Of a stretch of 64,000 nt of DNA, positions 45,577 to 54,822 are shown piece after piece; position 1 is the stretch's first letter; each line of letters begins with the position of its first letter. A program made the position numbers and the translations under genes. The notes beneath the pieces are model-generated. The model was not told the DNA's origin and searched no databases. It saw only the letters and a list, made by a program, of their open reading frames with translations. The stretch spans positions 61,655-125,654 of the forward strand of contig SVHS01000003.1 of assembly GCA_015055745.1 (NCBI GenBank), written 5' to 3'. This stretch comes from Clostridiales bacterium. Its GTDB lineage: Bacteria > Bacillota > Clostridia > Christensenellales > UBA1242.

Positions 45577-46236
45577 CTAGTTTGCTTTTGATTGAGCTGC
45601 TACTTCGGCTGCGAAATCATCATTTCTCTTTTCAAGACCTTCACCCATAACCATAAGTGTAAATCTTCTGATAGTCAATTTCTCACCGATCTTAGCAGTA
45701 AGCTCTGCCAATACGTCTTTTACTTTCTTTTTGCCATCTGGATCTTTGATGTATACTTGCTCCATCAATACCACTTCTTCATAGTACTTGTTGATCTTGC
45801 CTTCTACAATCCTGTCTACCATAGCCTCTGGCTTGCCTTCATTTAGTAGCTGAGCACGATAGATAGCCTTTTCTGCCTCTAACTTATCAGCTGGGACTTC
45901 ATTGACATTGACACAAATAGGACGATTAGCCACGATCTGCATACAAATGTTGTGAGCGAATTCTTTAAATTCTGGATTTTTAGCTACAAAGTCTGTCTCG
46001 CAATTGAACTCTGCCATAGCAGCAAACTTACCAGCACCGTGGATATAACACTCGATCAATCCCTCTGCTGCGATCCTACCCTGTTTGTTTGCAGCTTTGG
46101 CGATACCTTTTTCACGAAGTACATCTACCGCCTTGTCCATATTACCTTGAGTCTCTACTAGAGCCTTTTTGCAGTCCATCATGCCTGCACCTGTCATTTC
46201 TCTTAATTCAGCCACCATTTTTGCTGTAATTTCCAT
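45577..46236 (-). CDS. tsf: Elongation factor Ts (short form)
   Basis: [29 protein letters not shown]-like N-terminus. 219 aa. Confidence 0.94.
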   Translation of the reverse strand: MEITAKMVAELREMTGAGMMDCKKALVETQGNMDKAVDVLREKGIAKAANKQGRIAAEGLIECYIHGAGKFAAMAEFNCETDFVAKNPEFKEFAHNICMQIVANRPICVNVNEVPADKLEAEKAIYRAQLLNEGKPEAMVDRIVEGKINKYYEEVVLMEQVYIKDPDGKKKVKDVLAELTAKIGEKLTIRRFTLMVMGEGLEKRNDDFAAEVAAQSKAN

Positions 46237-46265
46237 AATTTTCTCCCTTTAATTATTTATTTAAA

Positions 46266-47108
46266 TTATTCAGCCTTGTCTTCAGCTTCTGTCTTTTCTG
46301 CTTTCTCTTTCTTTGCTGGACGTTTCTTTTTCTCTACTGGCTTCTCTTCATCTTTTACGATATCTCCAGTCACCATAGACTCCATAGACACATCTTCATC
46401 ATCAGCTGTAAGGTCATGCAATACTACACCACCCTTAGCCTCCAAGATAGCGTCTGTCAATGCACTAAGGATAAGCTTTACACTACCGATAGCGTCATCA
46501 TTTGCTGGGATACATACATCTACATCATCTGGATCGCTATTTGTATCTACGATACCTACTGTAGGGATACCCAATCTCTTAGCTTCTTTTACAGCGATGT
46601 GCTCAGTGTGTGGGTCTACCATGATGATAAGACCTGGGATAGATGTCATATCTTTGATACCCAAAAGGTTAGCAGCTAGCTTGTCTCTCTCGGCCTTTAG
46701 CTTGATCACTTCTTTTTTAGGTAGAAGATCGAAATCTCCCAAAGCTTCCATATTGTTTAGCTTATTCATTCTATCTACTCTCTTTCTGATAGTAGTGAAG
46801 TTTGTAAGAGTACCACCCAACCAACGAGAATTTACGTAAAACATATTTGATCTCTCAGCTTCTTGCTTTACTGTCTCGCTAGCTTGCTTTTTAGTACCGA
46901 TAAACAATACATTAGCTCCTGCTAGTACTTTCTCTTTGACGAATACATAAGCTTCGTCTACTTTCTTTGAAGTGTCTTCAAGATTGATGATGTGGATATC
47001 ATTTCTATCTGTGAAGATATACTTCTTCATCTTAGGATTCCATTTCCTAGTCTGGTGACCGAAATGACAACCGGCCTCCAATAATTGTTTCATTGAAATA
47101 ACTGACAT
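46266..47108 (-). CDS. rpsB: 30S ribosomal protein S2 with charged C-terminal extension
   Basis: [22 protein letters not shown]..., plus a ~45-aa D/E/K-rich tail. Confidence 0.96.
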   Translation of the reverse strand: MSVISMKQLLEAGCHFGHQTRKWNPKMKKYIFTDRNDIHIINLEDTSKKVDEAYVFVKEKVLAGANVLFIGTKKQASETVKQEAERSNMFYVNSRWLGGTLTNFTTIRKRVDRMNKLNNMEALGDFDLLPKKEVIKLKAERDKLAANLLGIKDMTSIPGLIIMVDPHTEHIAVKEAKRLGIPTVGIVDTNSDPDDVDVCIPANDDAIGSVKLILSALTDAILEAKGGVVLHDLTADDEDVSMESMVTGDIVKDEEKPVEKKKRPAKKEKAEKTEAEDKAE

Positions 47109-47215
47109 ATATTTTTCCTCCTGTTTGTCTACTTCCCTATTAATCTTTTTGCCTTAAACCGATACTCGGCAACAGATAGGCAATCATAATAGGTGCTTAT
47201 TCATTGAACGTATGT

Positions 47216-47244
47216 ATATTAACAAATTTAATGTTGTTTGTCAA
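47216..47244 (-). promoter_or_regulatory. rpsB-tsf promoter
   Basis: The minus strand reads TTGACA (47244-47239), 17 nt, TAATAT (47221-47216). This leaves a ~100-nt 5' UTR. Confidence 0.6.
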
Positions 47245-47274
47245 CTAGTTTTGTCAAGTTTTATAGCAAACGAC

Positions 47275-47303
47275 TTGACAAGCTAACACATTCGTGGTAT
47301 TAT
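47275..47303 (+). promoter_or_regulatory. Promoter of orphan gene 47324-47716
   Basis: TTGACA, 17 nt, (TGG)TATTAT. Confidence 0.65.
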
Positions 47304-47323
47304 CTAGATAATGGAGGGTTAAA

Positions 47324-47716
47324 ATGAAAGTTAAAAATAAAAAATATGATGAATTAGGTTATGCGTTATCAGAGTACAAATGTGAAAAACACGATATAGT
47401 CGACACAGTGGAAATAAACGGTTATTATCACATTTTCAAAATTCGTTATGAAAACAAAGACGGTGAAAAAAAGATAGCATTTGATTTAAGTTATCTTAGA
47501 TCTCTTAGCCCAAGATTCTTTTTTACAATAGATTTGTTCTCTAAATTAAAAAAGTCAAAAAATGTAAAAGATGGCATAATATTCTTGTTAAAGAAATTCC
47601 CACACGAATCAGAAAACATTATCAAGGCAATACCTTCAGATATACTTAATGATACACAATTTGCTGAAGACATATCTAAACTTGTGCCAAAAGATGAAAA
47701 CACTCATGAATGTTAG
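47324..47716 (+). CDS. Hypothetical protein (130 aa, no recognisable family)
   Basis: GGAGGG SD, own promoter and terminator. It is a plus-strand singleton within a long minus-strand gene run. Confidence 0.6.
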   Translation: MKVKNKKYDELGYALSEYKCEKHDIVDTVEINGYYHIFKIRYENKDGEKKIAFDLSYLRSLSPRFFFTIDLFSKLKKSKNVKDGIIFLLKKFPHESENIIKAIPSDILNDTQFAEDISKLVPKDENTHEC

Positions 47717-47720
47717 TAAT

Positions 47721-47760
47721 AAACAAAGAATATCAAATCCGATATTCTTTGTTTGTTTGC
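47721..47760 (+). terminator. Intrinsic terminator of 47324-47716
   Basis: AAACAAAGAATATC-AAATCC-GATATTCTTTGTTT followed by a T-rich tail. Confidence 0.8.
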
Positions 47761-47820
47761 TTTATTTACATTACATCTCGCTCACCTCTTTTTTTGATTT
47801 TCCAGAAGATTTGCGAGCGA

Positions 47821-47858
47821 TGAATATTTTCTCAAATAATATCTTTGCGTAAAAAAAC
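47821..47858 (-). repeat. Intergenic repeat copy E
   Basis: The minus strand reads TTTTTTTACGCAAAGATATTATTTGAGAAAATATTCA, with the exact 16-mer at 47841-47856. It lies about 35 nt downstream of the terminator at 47891-47920. Confidence 0.75.
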
Positions 47859-47890
47859 CAATAAGAACACGATGAGTATTATCTTGAATT

Positions 47891-47920
47891 AAAAAGAATG
47901 TCAAGTTTGACATTCTTTTT
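47891..47920. terminator. Bidirectional-looking hairpin terminator (serves ruvX-DUF1292 on the minus strand)
   Basis: AAAAAGAATGTCAA-GT-TTGACATTCTTTTT, with A/T runs on both sides. Confidence 0.75.
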
Positions 47921-47945
47921 GTTTCAATTATCTGAGAAATTGAAA

Positions 47946-48257
47946 TTATTTGTTTTCTCCGTCGCCCTCTTCGATAAGCTTTTGATAAATGGTGAGTACT
48001 TCGTCGATAGTAGCATCATCTCTCTCGATATCCATATCGTGAGCTTCTTCATCTATCACAAACAACACACCTTCTCCTTCCTCTACGCCCTGCATAGGAG
48101 TGACTGGGATAAGGATAGCATATAGCTTGCCAGTCCTCTCCAACGGAATCACAGCCACCTGCTCAAACTCGATAGGCTTGTTTTCCGCATCGTAAAGTAC
48201 GATATTGTCCATATTTTCTTCATTTAAGATTTGCTCAATAGGGTCTTTTGCTTTCAT
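47946..48257 (-). CDS. DUF1292 (UPF0473/YrzB-like) protein
   Basis: Acidic ~100-aa protein after ruvX, with a ..IEFEQVAVIPLERTGKLYAILIPV.. pattern. Confidence 0.8.
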   Translation of the reverse strand: MKAKDPIEQILNEENMDNIVLYDAENKPIEFEQVAVIPLERTGKLYAILIPVTPMQGVEEGEGVLFVIDEEAHDMDIERDDATIDEVLTIYQKLIEEGDGENK

Positions 48258-48272
48258 GATATATTTTCTCCT

Positions 48273-48680
48273 TTATCTTTTATCTAAATAATCCTGCAAT
48301 ATAATTGATGCCGCTACCATGTCTAGCTTTTCTTTCCTCTTCTTCCAGTCACGCTCTGTCTCGCGGAGCATCTCCTCCGCCATAACAGAAGACAATCTCT
48401 CGTCTACAAACTCTACATGAATATCAATGCCTTGGGTCAAATCGGATACAAACTCTCTAGTCTTACCAGCGATCTCCTGCTCCTCACCTTGCATATTCAT
48501 CGGAAGCCCGCATATTATCTCATCTACACCTTTTGACCTGATGATATCTATAAGATGAGTGATGTCCTCTTGATAATTTTTACGCTTATAATTTTCAAAT
48601 GGAGAAGCCAAAAACTTGGTATCATCGCTAAGAGCAATACCGATACGAGCCATGCCAAAATCAATTCCCATTGCTTTCAT
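48273..48680 (-). CDS. ruvX: Putative pre-16S rRNA nuclease / Holliday junction resolvase-like YqgF
   Basis: MGIDFGMARIGIALSD..., ..VDEIICGLP.NM.G.., ..DERLSS..AE. Confidence 0.9.
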   Translation of the reverse strand: MKAMGIDFGMARIGIALSDDTKFLASPFENYKRKNYQEDITHLIDIIRSKGVDEIICGLPMNMQGEEQEIAGKTREFVSDLTQGIDIHVEFVDERLSSVMAEEMLRETERDWKKRKEKLDMVAASIILQDYLDKR

Positions 48681-48686
48681 GATTTT

Positions 48687-48715
48687 ATTATAACAAATAC
48701 AACAAAAAAAGTAAA
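48687..48715 (-). promoter_or_regulatory. Promoter placed for a leaderless ruvX mRNA
   Basis: The minus strand reads TTTACT, 17 nt, (TGT)TATAAT (48692-48687), 6 nt, ATG (48680). No SD. Confidence 0.55.
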
Positions 48716-48745
48716 GAAAAATCTCTAGGGTACTAGAGATCTTTT
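48716..48745 (-). terminator. Intrinsic terminator after the YtxH-like gene
   Basis: On the minus strand: AUCUCUAG-UACC-CUAGAGAU followed by UUUUU. Confidence 0.7.
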
Positions 48746-48747
48746 AT

Positions 48748-48933
48748 TTATTCTTCGTTTTCTTGTTTTTTTGCTTTGTTAGCTTGAGATTTTACCTCGT
48801 CTTTGATATCGTCTGCGATTTCCCTACCTTTCTCGACACACTTTTCTACCTTATCGGCAAAAGGCTTGTTTGTCTTGACCATAATAGCTCCTACTACGAA
48901 ACCGATACCCATACCAATCAATAACTCTTTCAT
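48748..48933 (-). CDS. Small membrane-anchored YtxH-like protein
   Basis: 61 aa. N-terminal Gly-rich TM helix (LLIGMGIGFVVGAIM) followed by a charged helix. AAGGAGGAAA SD. Confidence 0.55.
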   Translation of the reverse strand: MKELLIGMGIGFVVGAIMVKTNKPFADKVEKCVEKGREIADDIKDEVKSQANKAKKQENEE

Positions 48934-49006
48934 CTAAATAATTTCCTCCTTTACTTACATGTATTATTTGTAGAAAAGGTAAAATTATGTAGAATAAAGT
49001 CATAGG

Positions 49007-49375
49007 CTATTTGCTAGATTTTTCCAATTTTTCTTTGTAATCATTGATTGCTAGCTTGATACAATCAATACAAAAGCTGATATCTATAGGCATTTCATCA
49101 CCTAGCTCAGACTTGATACTATATGGATCTAAAAAGACCATAGCAGCCATCTTGCCTCTCATCATGCTAGTAATAGTAGAGCATACTGCCACTATGTAAG
49201 GATTGGCTTGCGCTCTAAACTTGCAGTCAGTGATAATACCGCTCTCTATCCTCAAAGAAAACTCTACGTGAGCAGTGTTATCTTCATTGTAGCAGTCAGC
49301 TATACCGTCAGGTTTTGATATCCTACCTGTATTTTTAGGATTATTGAATATATTTAAAACTACGTTGCTATACAT
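49007..49375 (-). CDS. IscU/NifU-like protein with degenerate cluster-ligand motifs
   Basis: The MYSNVVLNIFNNPKNTGRI N-terminus and overall length match IscU. The GNxxCGD and FGCGxAIA cysteine motifs are replaced (YNEDNTA; QANPYIVA). Only the third Cys region (DISFCIDC) aligns. Confidence 0.7.
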   Translation of the reverse strand: MYSNVVLNIFNNPKNTGRISKPDGIADCYNEDNTAHVEFSLRIESGIITDCKFRAQANPYIVAVCSTITSMMRGKMAAMVFLDPYSIKSELGDEMPIDISFCIDCIKLAINDYKEKLEKSSK

Positions 49376-50571
49376 TATTTACTATCCCCCTTTCTCTTAC
49401 GAGTCTTCATGCCATAAGTAGAAGAATATGCCCTTAGCTCCTCTACAGAACGAGCGATAATATTGATAGCCTTATCTAACTCTTCGTATGAATTGTTTTT
49501 ACCCAAGCTAAAGCGAATAGTACCTCTAGCATCTTCATTATTTAGACCGATAGCAGTCATCACATGGGAAACTGTGAGACTATTTGTAGAGCAAGCGCTA
49601 CCTGTAGATACAGCTAAGCCATTGATATCCAACTTGGTAAGTAAACTCTCACCATCTACACCTACAAATGACACTGAAATGATGTGAGGAAGCTTTTGTC
49701 TCGTATTGGCGTTGAAATTGGCATTCTCTACCCTTTCAGCTAGCTTGGTCACAAAATATTCACTCAAAGCACGCACTTTATGATTGTTTGTCTTCATATC
49801 TCTATGTGCTATCTCACTAGCTTTAGCAAAGCCTACTATACCAGCTGTATTGCTAGTGCCGCCACGCTTGCCTCGCTCTTGATTGCCTCCAAAGATGATA
49901 GGGTCAATCTTGACTTTGTTTGATAAATACAAAGCACCTACACCTTTTGGTCCATAAATCTTATGAGCTGACATAGTCATAGCATCAATACCTAACTCAT
50001 TGACATCGATAGCCATATTACCATATAGCTGGACAGCGTCTGTATGGAAAATAATACCTTTTTCATGAGCTGTCTGAGATATTGCTTTGATATTTTGGAT
50101 AGTACCTAGCTCATTGTTGGCTGCCATGATAGAAATCAAAATGGTATTTGACTTGATAGTACGCAAAAGCTCGGCAAAATTGATAAAGCCATGGCTATCT
50201 ACGTCCAAATAACTCACTTCGTAGCCATTATTTTGCAAATATTTGCAAGCTTCCATAATAGATGGGTGCTCTATCTTGCTGACTATGATATGATTGCCTC
50301 TATTGCGATTAGCATCGGCAATACCTATCAGAGCCCAAGTATTGGCCTCACTACCGCTAGATGTAAAATAAATCTCGCTGGATTTTGCACCGATAGAGTC
50401 AGCTATCGTATCTCTACTCTCATCGATAAGTCTACTAGCCTCTCTACCAAATGAATGAAGTGATGAAGCATTACCAAATGTATTGGTCATCACTGGAAGC
50501 ATGGCATTCAATACTTCTGCACTGAGATTGGTAGTAGCAGCATTGTCTAAATAAATCTTCTCTATATCCAT
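49375..50571 (-). CDS. Cysteine desulfurase (NifS/IscS class I)
   Basis: IYLDNAATT, PLP lysine SAHKIYGPKGVGALY, active-site loop GSACS. Start at MDIEK (GGAGAAAAAT SD). The track extension overlaps the predicted promoter. Confidence 0.92.
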   Translation of the reverse strand: MDIEKIYLDNAATTNLSAEVLNAMLPVMTNTFGNASSLHSFGREASRLIDESRDTIADSIGAKSSEIYFTSSGSEANTWALIGIADANRNRGNHIIVSKIEHPSIMEACKYLQNNGYEVSYLDVDSHGFINFAELLRTIKSNTILISIMAANNELGTIQNIKAISQTAHEKGIIFHTDAVQLYGNMAIDVNELGIDAMTMSAHKIYGPKGVGALYLSNKVKIDPIIFGGNQERGKRGGTSNTAGIVGFAKASEIAHRDMKTNNHKVRALSEYFVTKLAERVENANFNANTRQKLPHIISVSFVGVDGESLLTKLDINGLAVSTGSACSTNSLTVSHVMTAIGLNNEDARGTIRFSLGKNNSYEELDKAINIIARSVEELRAYSSTYGMKTRKRKGDSK

Positions 50572-50587
50572 ATTTTTCTCCGCATAA

Positions 50588-50616
50588 AGTCTATCACACA
50601 TTAAATATTTTGTCAA
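50588..50616 (-). promoter_or_regulatory. nifS promoter
   Basis: The minus strand reads TTGACA, 17 nt, (TGA)TAGACT. Confidence 0.5.
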
Positions 50617-50656
50617 TAATATAATACAAAGAAAAAAAGAGCAAAATGCTCTCTCA

Positions 50657-50983
50657 TTAGTCTTCTATCTCAGTAGCTTCACAACGCCTTACAAATGCTA
50701 ATACATCTTCATAAGAATTTAGTCCTACAAGGCTGTCTATCATCTTACCTTTCCTAAACGCCATAAGTGTAGGCACACTAAATATCCTATAACGCTTGGC
50801 AATATCTTCATTTTCATCAATGTCTAGATTGAAGAAATTGACATCAGACATCTTCTCCGCCACCCTCTCAAGTATAGGCTTGAGCATTCTGCAAGGCATA
50901 CACCAAGTAGCAGAAAAGTCTATCACAGTGAGCTCATCATCGTTGATGATGTCGTCAAAATCTAATTCATTTACAGAATCCAT
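50657..50983 (-). CDS. Thioredoxin
   Basis: WCMPCRM active site in a 108-aa Trx fold (..VIDFSATWCMPC..P....). Confidence 0.9.
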   Translation of the reverse strand: MDSVNELDFDDIINDDELTVIDFSATWCMPCRMLKPILERVAEKMSDVNFFNLDIDENEDIAKRYRIFSVPTLMAFRKGKMIDSLVGLNSYEDVLAFVRRCEATEIED

Positions 50984-50996
50984 AATTTACCCCTTA

Positions 50997-51689
50997 TCAG
51001 GCCTTAATGATGTCGTTTATCACTTTTGCACACATCACACTTGCCATATTTACTACGTAGTATACCATACTTCCAATAATTTTGCAATCAAATTTCATTG
51101 GCTTTTGCTTAGTATAACAAACTTGTAACTTTTTTATGTGCTCTTGTGCGCAAAATTTCCTCAACAACTTGGCTATCTTGTCATAAGATGTATCTTCTAT
51201 CTTCGCTATCTCAAAAGAGGGGATACCCTGATATCTATTACCTGCTCCCATAGCGCAAAGTATAGGAATCTTATGCTCATAAGCGTATTTGATAAGTAAT
51301 TTTTTGGCATTTATATCATCAATACAATCTACAATATAATCAAATGATGAAAAATCAATCGAATTTATAGTATCTTCATCTAGTTTAAATGGATATTTTT
51401 GGATATGGATATCAGGATTGATAGACTTTAATTGAAACTCTATCTCATCAACCTTCAATTTGCCTATGTTTTTATAATTAGCGACAAACTGCCTGTTGAT
51501 ATTAGAAATGTCTATAGTATCAAAGTCTACCACTCCGACATTTTGCACTCCAGCTCTAGCTAACATATGCACGACAGCTCCACCTACGCCACCCACGCCA
51601 AAAACTAAGACACGAGCTGAAAACAATCGCTCTGTCTCGCTAGCGCTAAGCATCATAGTCGTCTTAGTGAATATATCTTTACAATACAT
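50997..51689 (-). CDS. tcdA: ThiF/E1-like protein, TcdA (tRNA ct6A dehydratase) family
   Basis: Rossmann motif VLVFGVGGVGGAVVHMLARAGV..VGVVDFDTIDISNINRQ. ~230 aa with no rhodanese or MoeB C-terminal domain. Confidence 0.75.
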   Translation of the reverse strand: MYCKDIFTKTTMMLSASETERLFSARVLVFGVGGVGGAVVHMLARAGVQNVGVVDFDTIDISNINRQFVANYKNIGKLKVDEIEFQLKSINPDIHIQKYPFKLDEDTINSIDFSSFDYIVDCIDDINAKKLLIKYAYEHKIPILCAMGAGNRYQGIPSFEIAKIEDTSYDKIAKLLRKFCAQEHIKKLQVCYTKQKPMKFDCKIIGSMVYYVVNMASVMCAKVINDIIKA

Positions 51690-52986
51690 ATTTCTTAAAG
51701 TCGTGTGTGTGTATTATTTCTTTCATCGCATTCAATACAAAAGGCTTGTCGATGACTACTTTTACCATGGGGTTGTCATCACTAGCATTGAATGAAATAT
51801 CCTCGAGCAATAGCTCCATGATAGTCTGCAATCTTCTAGCACCTATGTTTTCACTATTTTCATTTTCGTCTTCTGCTATCTCTGCTATAGTGTCTATCGC
51901 TTCGTCAGTAAACTCAAGCTCTACATTATCTACTCTCAATAATTCTTGATACTGAGTAGTAATAGCATTTTGAGGGATAGTGAGTATCTGCTTGAAATCA
52001 TCTTTGTTTAGACTATTCAATTCTACTCTAATAGGGAATCTACCTTGTAGCTCGGGTATCAAATCATTTACACTCGCGATATGGAATGCTCCTGCTGCTA
52101 TAAATAGAATATAATCAGTATGAATCACACCATATTTAGTATTTACCACGCTACCCTCTACTATAGGTAAGATGTCTCTCTGCACACCTTCTCTAGACAC
52201 GTCTTGACCGTGATTTTTCTTGGCAGCAATCTTATCTATCTCATCGATAAATATGATACCTTCTTGCTCTGCTCTGTAGATAGCCTCTTTGTTTAGACTG
52301 TCTGGGTCTATCATCTTGTCACATTCTTCTTCGAGTAAGATTTCCCTTGCACGAGCGACTGTCATCTTCTTTATTTTTCTAGGTGCTTTTATCATACCAC
52401 CCATAATTTGACCAATATTTATCTCTGCACCCACTCCGTCCATAAGATTGAGAGCTTTTGGTTGCTCTTTTACATCAATATCTATAGTATCATTGTCATA
52501 CAAACCTTTCTTATAATCTTCGTAAAACTGCGCTCTAAACTGCTCAGTGTCTGTATCCTCAGGCTTACCTGCTTTCTTCAATGGATACAAGATATCAGTA
52601 ATCTTTTTGTCTACCATAGTGATAGCTTTGTCTTTTATCTTTTCGGCATGCTCAGCTCTCACAATACGCACACTAGCCTCTACCAAATCTCTGATCATGC
52701 TCTCCACATCTCGACCCACATAGCCTACCTCAGTGTATTTGGTAGCTTCGACCTTTACAAATGGAGCGTTTACCAATTTTGCTAGACGACGAGCGATCTC
52801 AGTCTTACCGACACCAGTAGGACCTTTTAGGATAATGTTTTTAGGAGTGATCTCATCACTCAATGCTTTTGGCAATCTGCTCCTTCTATATCTATTTCTA
52901 AGAGCTATAGCGACAGCTCTCTTTGCCTTGGCTTGTCCTATGATATAAGAATCAAGAGATCTTACTATTTCTTTACAAGTCATCAT
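51679..52986 (-). CDS. hslU: ATP-dependent protease ATPase subunit HslU
   Basis: EIVRSLDSYIIGQ, Walker A GPTGVGKTEIARRLA, IIFIDEIDKI. Start at MMTCKE with a GAGGAGGTG SD just after the hslV stop. Confidence 0.94.
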   Translation of the reverse strand: MMTCKEIVRSLDSYIIGQAKAKRAVAIALRNRYRRSRLPKALSDEITPKNIILKGPTGVGKTEIARRLAKLVNAPFVKVEATKYTEVGYVGRDVESMIRDLVEASVRIVRAEHAEKIKDKAITMVDKKITDILYPLKKAGKPEDTDTEQFRAQFYEDYKKGLYDNDTIDIDVKEQPKALNLMDGVGAEINIGQIMGGMIKAPRKIKKMTVARAREILLEEECDKMIDPDSLNKEAIYRAEQEGIIFIDEIDKIAAKKNHGQDVSREGVQRDILPIVEGSVVNTKYGVIHTDYILFIAAGAFHIASVNDLIPELQGRFPIRVELNSLNKDDFKQILTIPQNAITTQYQELLRVDNVELEFTDEAIDTIAEIAEDENENSENIGARRLQTIMELLLEDISFNASDDNPMVKVVIDKPFVLNAMKEIIHTHDFKKYVL

Positions 52987-52987
52987 A

Positions 52988-53521
52988 CTACACCTCCTCG
53001 ACCACAAAATTGCTGTTTGTAAACACACATATTTCAGACGCTATTTCCATAGCCTTGACAGCTATCTCTTTAGCGCTCAAATCTGTATTTTTGATCAATG
53101 CTTTGGCTGCCGACAAGGCATAATTGCCACCACTACCGATAGCGCAAATACCATCATCAGGCTCTACTACATCACCTACGCTAGTGAGTATAAGCAAAGT
53201 CTCTTTGTCTGCTACTATCATCATAGCCTCAGCGTTTGATCTCTGACCACTACGGATATTTTTAGCGTACTCTACTGCGCTACGCATCAAACTACCACTG
53301 TATTTATTTAATAGCTTTTCAAACTCTTCACACATAGCAAAGGCATCTGCTGTACCTCCTGCAAAACCTACCACGACTTTACCTTCATATAGCCGTCTTA
53401 CTTTATGAGCTGTGCCTTTTAGGACTACTTGCTGTCCCATAGTGACTTGACCATCACCTGCCACTACTGTCTTGCCGTCCTTTTTGACTGCTACGATTGT
53501 CGTTCCTCTAAATTGTTCCAT
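52988..53521 (-). CDS. hslV: ATP-dependent protease subunit HslV
   Basis: N-terminal nucleophile context GTTIVAVKKDGK, and GSGGNYAL. Confidence 0.94.
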   Translation of the reverse strand: MEQFRGTTIVAVKKDGKTVVAGDGQVTMGQQVVLKGTAHKVRRLYEGKVVVGFAGGTADAFAMCEEFEKLLNKYSGSLMRSAVEYAKNIRSGQRSNAEAMMIVADKETLLILTSVGDVVEPDDGICAIGSGGNYALSAAKALIKNTDLSAKEIAVKAMEIASEICVFTNSNFVVEEV

Positions 53522-53523
53522 TT

Positions 53524-54822
53524 TTACTCCTTTTGTCTAAATTCATTTATCTCTGCTAATGCTCGCAATCTATATTTGATATATCTTTGCTGTTTGTCTC
53601 TCTCATCTATCGGATTAAGTATACCGAAATTTGCATTTATAGGCTGAAAATTTACTGGGCTGGCATTGATGAGATAATTATACAAGCCTCCTAAGATAGT
53701 GTCCGCTGAAAAACAAATTAATTCTTTATTTTCTAGCATTCTTACAATATTGATAGCACAATACAATCCACTACCTATGCTCTCCACATATCCCTCTACA
53801 CCGCTAAGCTGTCCTGCGATAAATACTTTCTCATTATTTTTCAACCTAGAATATTTATCTAGGCACTTTGGAAAATTGATATAATTATTAGTATGCATGA
53901 CGCCATAGCGTAAAAACTCTGCATTTTCGAGACCTGGTATCAGCCTAAATACTCGCCTCTGCTCTGGGAATGTGAGGTTGGTCTGAAAACCTACAAGATT
54001 GTACATGGTAGCAAAGTTATTTTCTTTCCTAAGCTGTACTACCGCGTAAGGACGGTCATCTTTATGCGGATTTTTGATACCTACTGGCTTTAGTGGTCCA
54101 AAGCGGATAGCATCTGTGCCACGCTTAGCCATAATCTCTATAGGCATACAGCTCTCGAAAATATTGTTTTTCTCAAACTCATGAAGCTCTACAGTCTCGG
54201 CATTGATAAGCTCTTGATAAAAACGAAGGTATTCTTCTTTATCCATGGCACAATTTAGATAATCTGCATCACCTTTGTCATATCTAGAGCAAAAGAATGC
54301 CTTGTCCATATCTATACTCTCAGCTGACACTATAGGTGCTGCCGCGTCATAGAAATACAAAAAATCTTCTCCTAACACATTCTTCAATGCGTCACACATC
54401 TTAGGTGTAGTGAGTGGACCAGTAGCTATCACTGTGACCGCGTCCATGTCTATCTCACCCACATCTTCACAGTGGATAGTGATATTTTCATGATTTTTTA
54501 GCTTGTCTGTGATGATACGAGAAAACTCATCTCTATCTACTGCCAAAGCTTGTCCCGCAGGCACACTGACTGTATATGCTGTCTTTAATAGCTCACTACC
54601 TAATAGTGTAAGCTCACGCTTGAATACACCAGATGCAGTGTTTTCATCATCGCTTTTGAAGGAATTGCTACATACTATTTCTGCGAAATCTGTGCTATGA
54701 TGAGCGGGAGTCATCTTCTCTTTTTTGATATCAAAAAGATCTACTTTATATCCATGATTGGCAAGATATAAAGCACACTCACTACCAGCCAGTCCGCCAC
54801 CTATCACATTAATCTTTGACAT
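53524..54822 (-). CDS. trmFO: Methylenetetrahydrofolate--tRNA-(uracil-5)-methyltransferase TrmFO
   Basis: MSKINVIGGGLAGSE FAD motif and ..FAGQLSGVEGYVES... The longer track ORF overlaps topA, so the start was moved to 54822. Confidence 0.9.
   Translation of the reverse strand: MSKINVIGGGLAGSECALYLANHGYKVDLFDIKKEKMTPAHHSTDFAEIVCSNSFKSDDENTASGVFKRELTLLGSELLKTAYTVSVPAGQALAVDRDEFSRIITDKLKNHENITIHCEDVGEIDMDAVTVIATGPLTTPKMCDALKNVLGEDFLYFYDAAAPIVSAESIDMDKAFFCSRYDKGDADYLNCAMDKEEYLRFYQELINAETVELHEFEKNNIFESCMPIEIMAKRGTDAIRFGPLKPVGIKNPHKDDRPYAVVQLRKENNFATMYNLVGFQTNLTFPEQRRVFRLIPGLENAEFLRYGVMHTNNYINFPKCLDKYSRLKNNEKVFIAGQLSGVEGYVESIGSGLYCAINIVRMLENKELICFSADTILGGLYNYLINASPVNFQPINANFGILNPIDERDKQQRYIKYRLRALAEINEFRQKE

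Noticed and set aside
46276-46839. 187-aa ORF antisense to rpsB (and the 87-aa ORF at 46416-46679)
   Set aside because: Ser-rich shadow frames of a highly conserved ribosomal protein gene, with no independent start signals.
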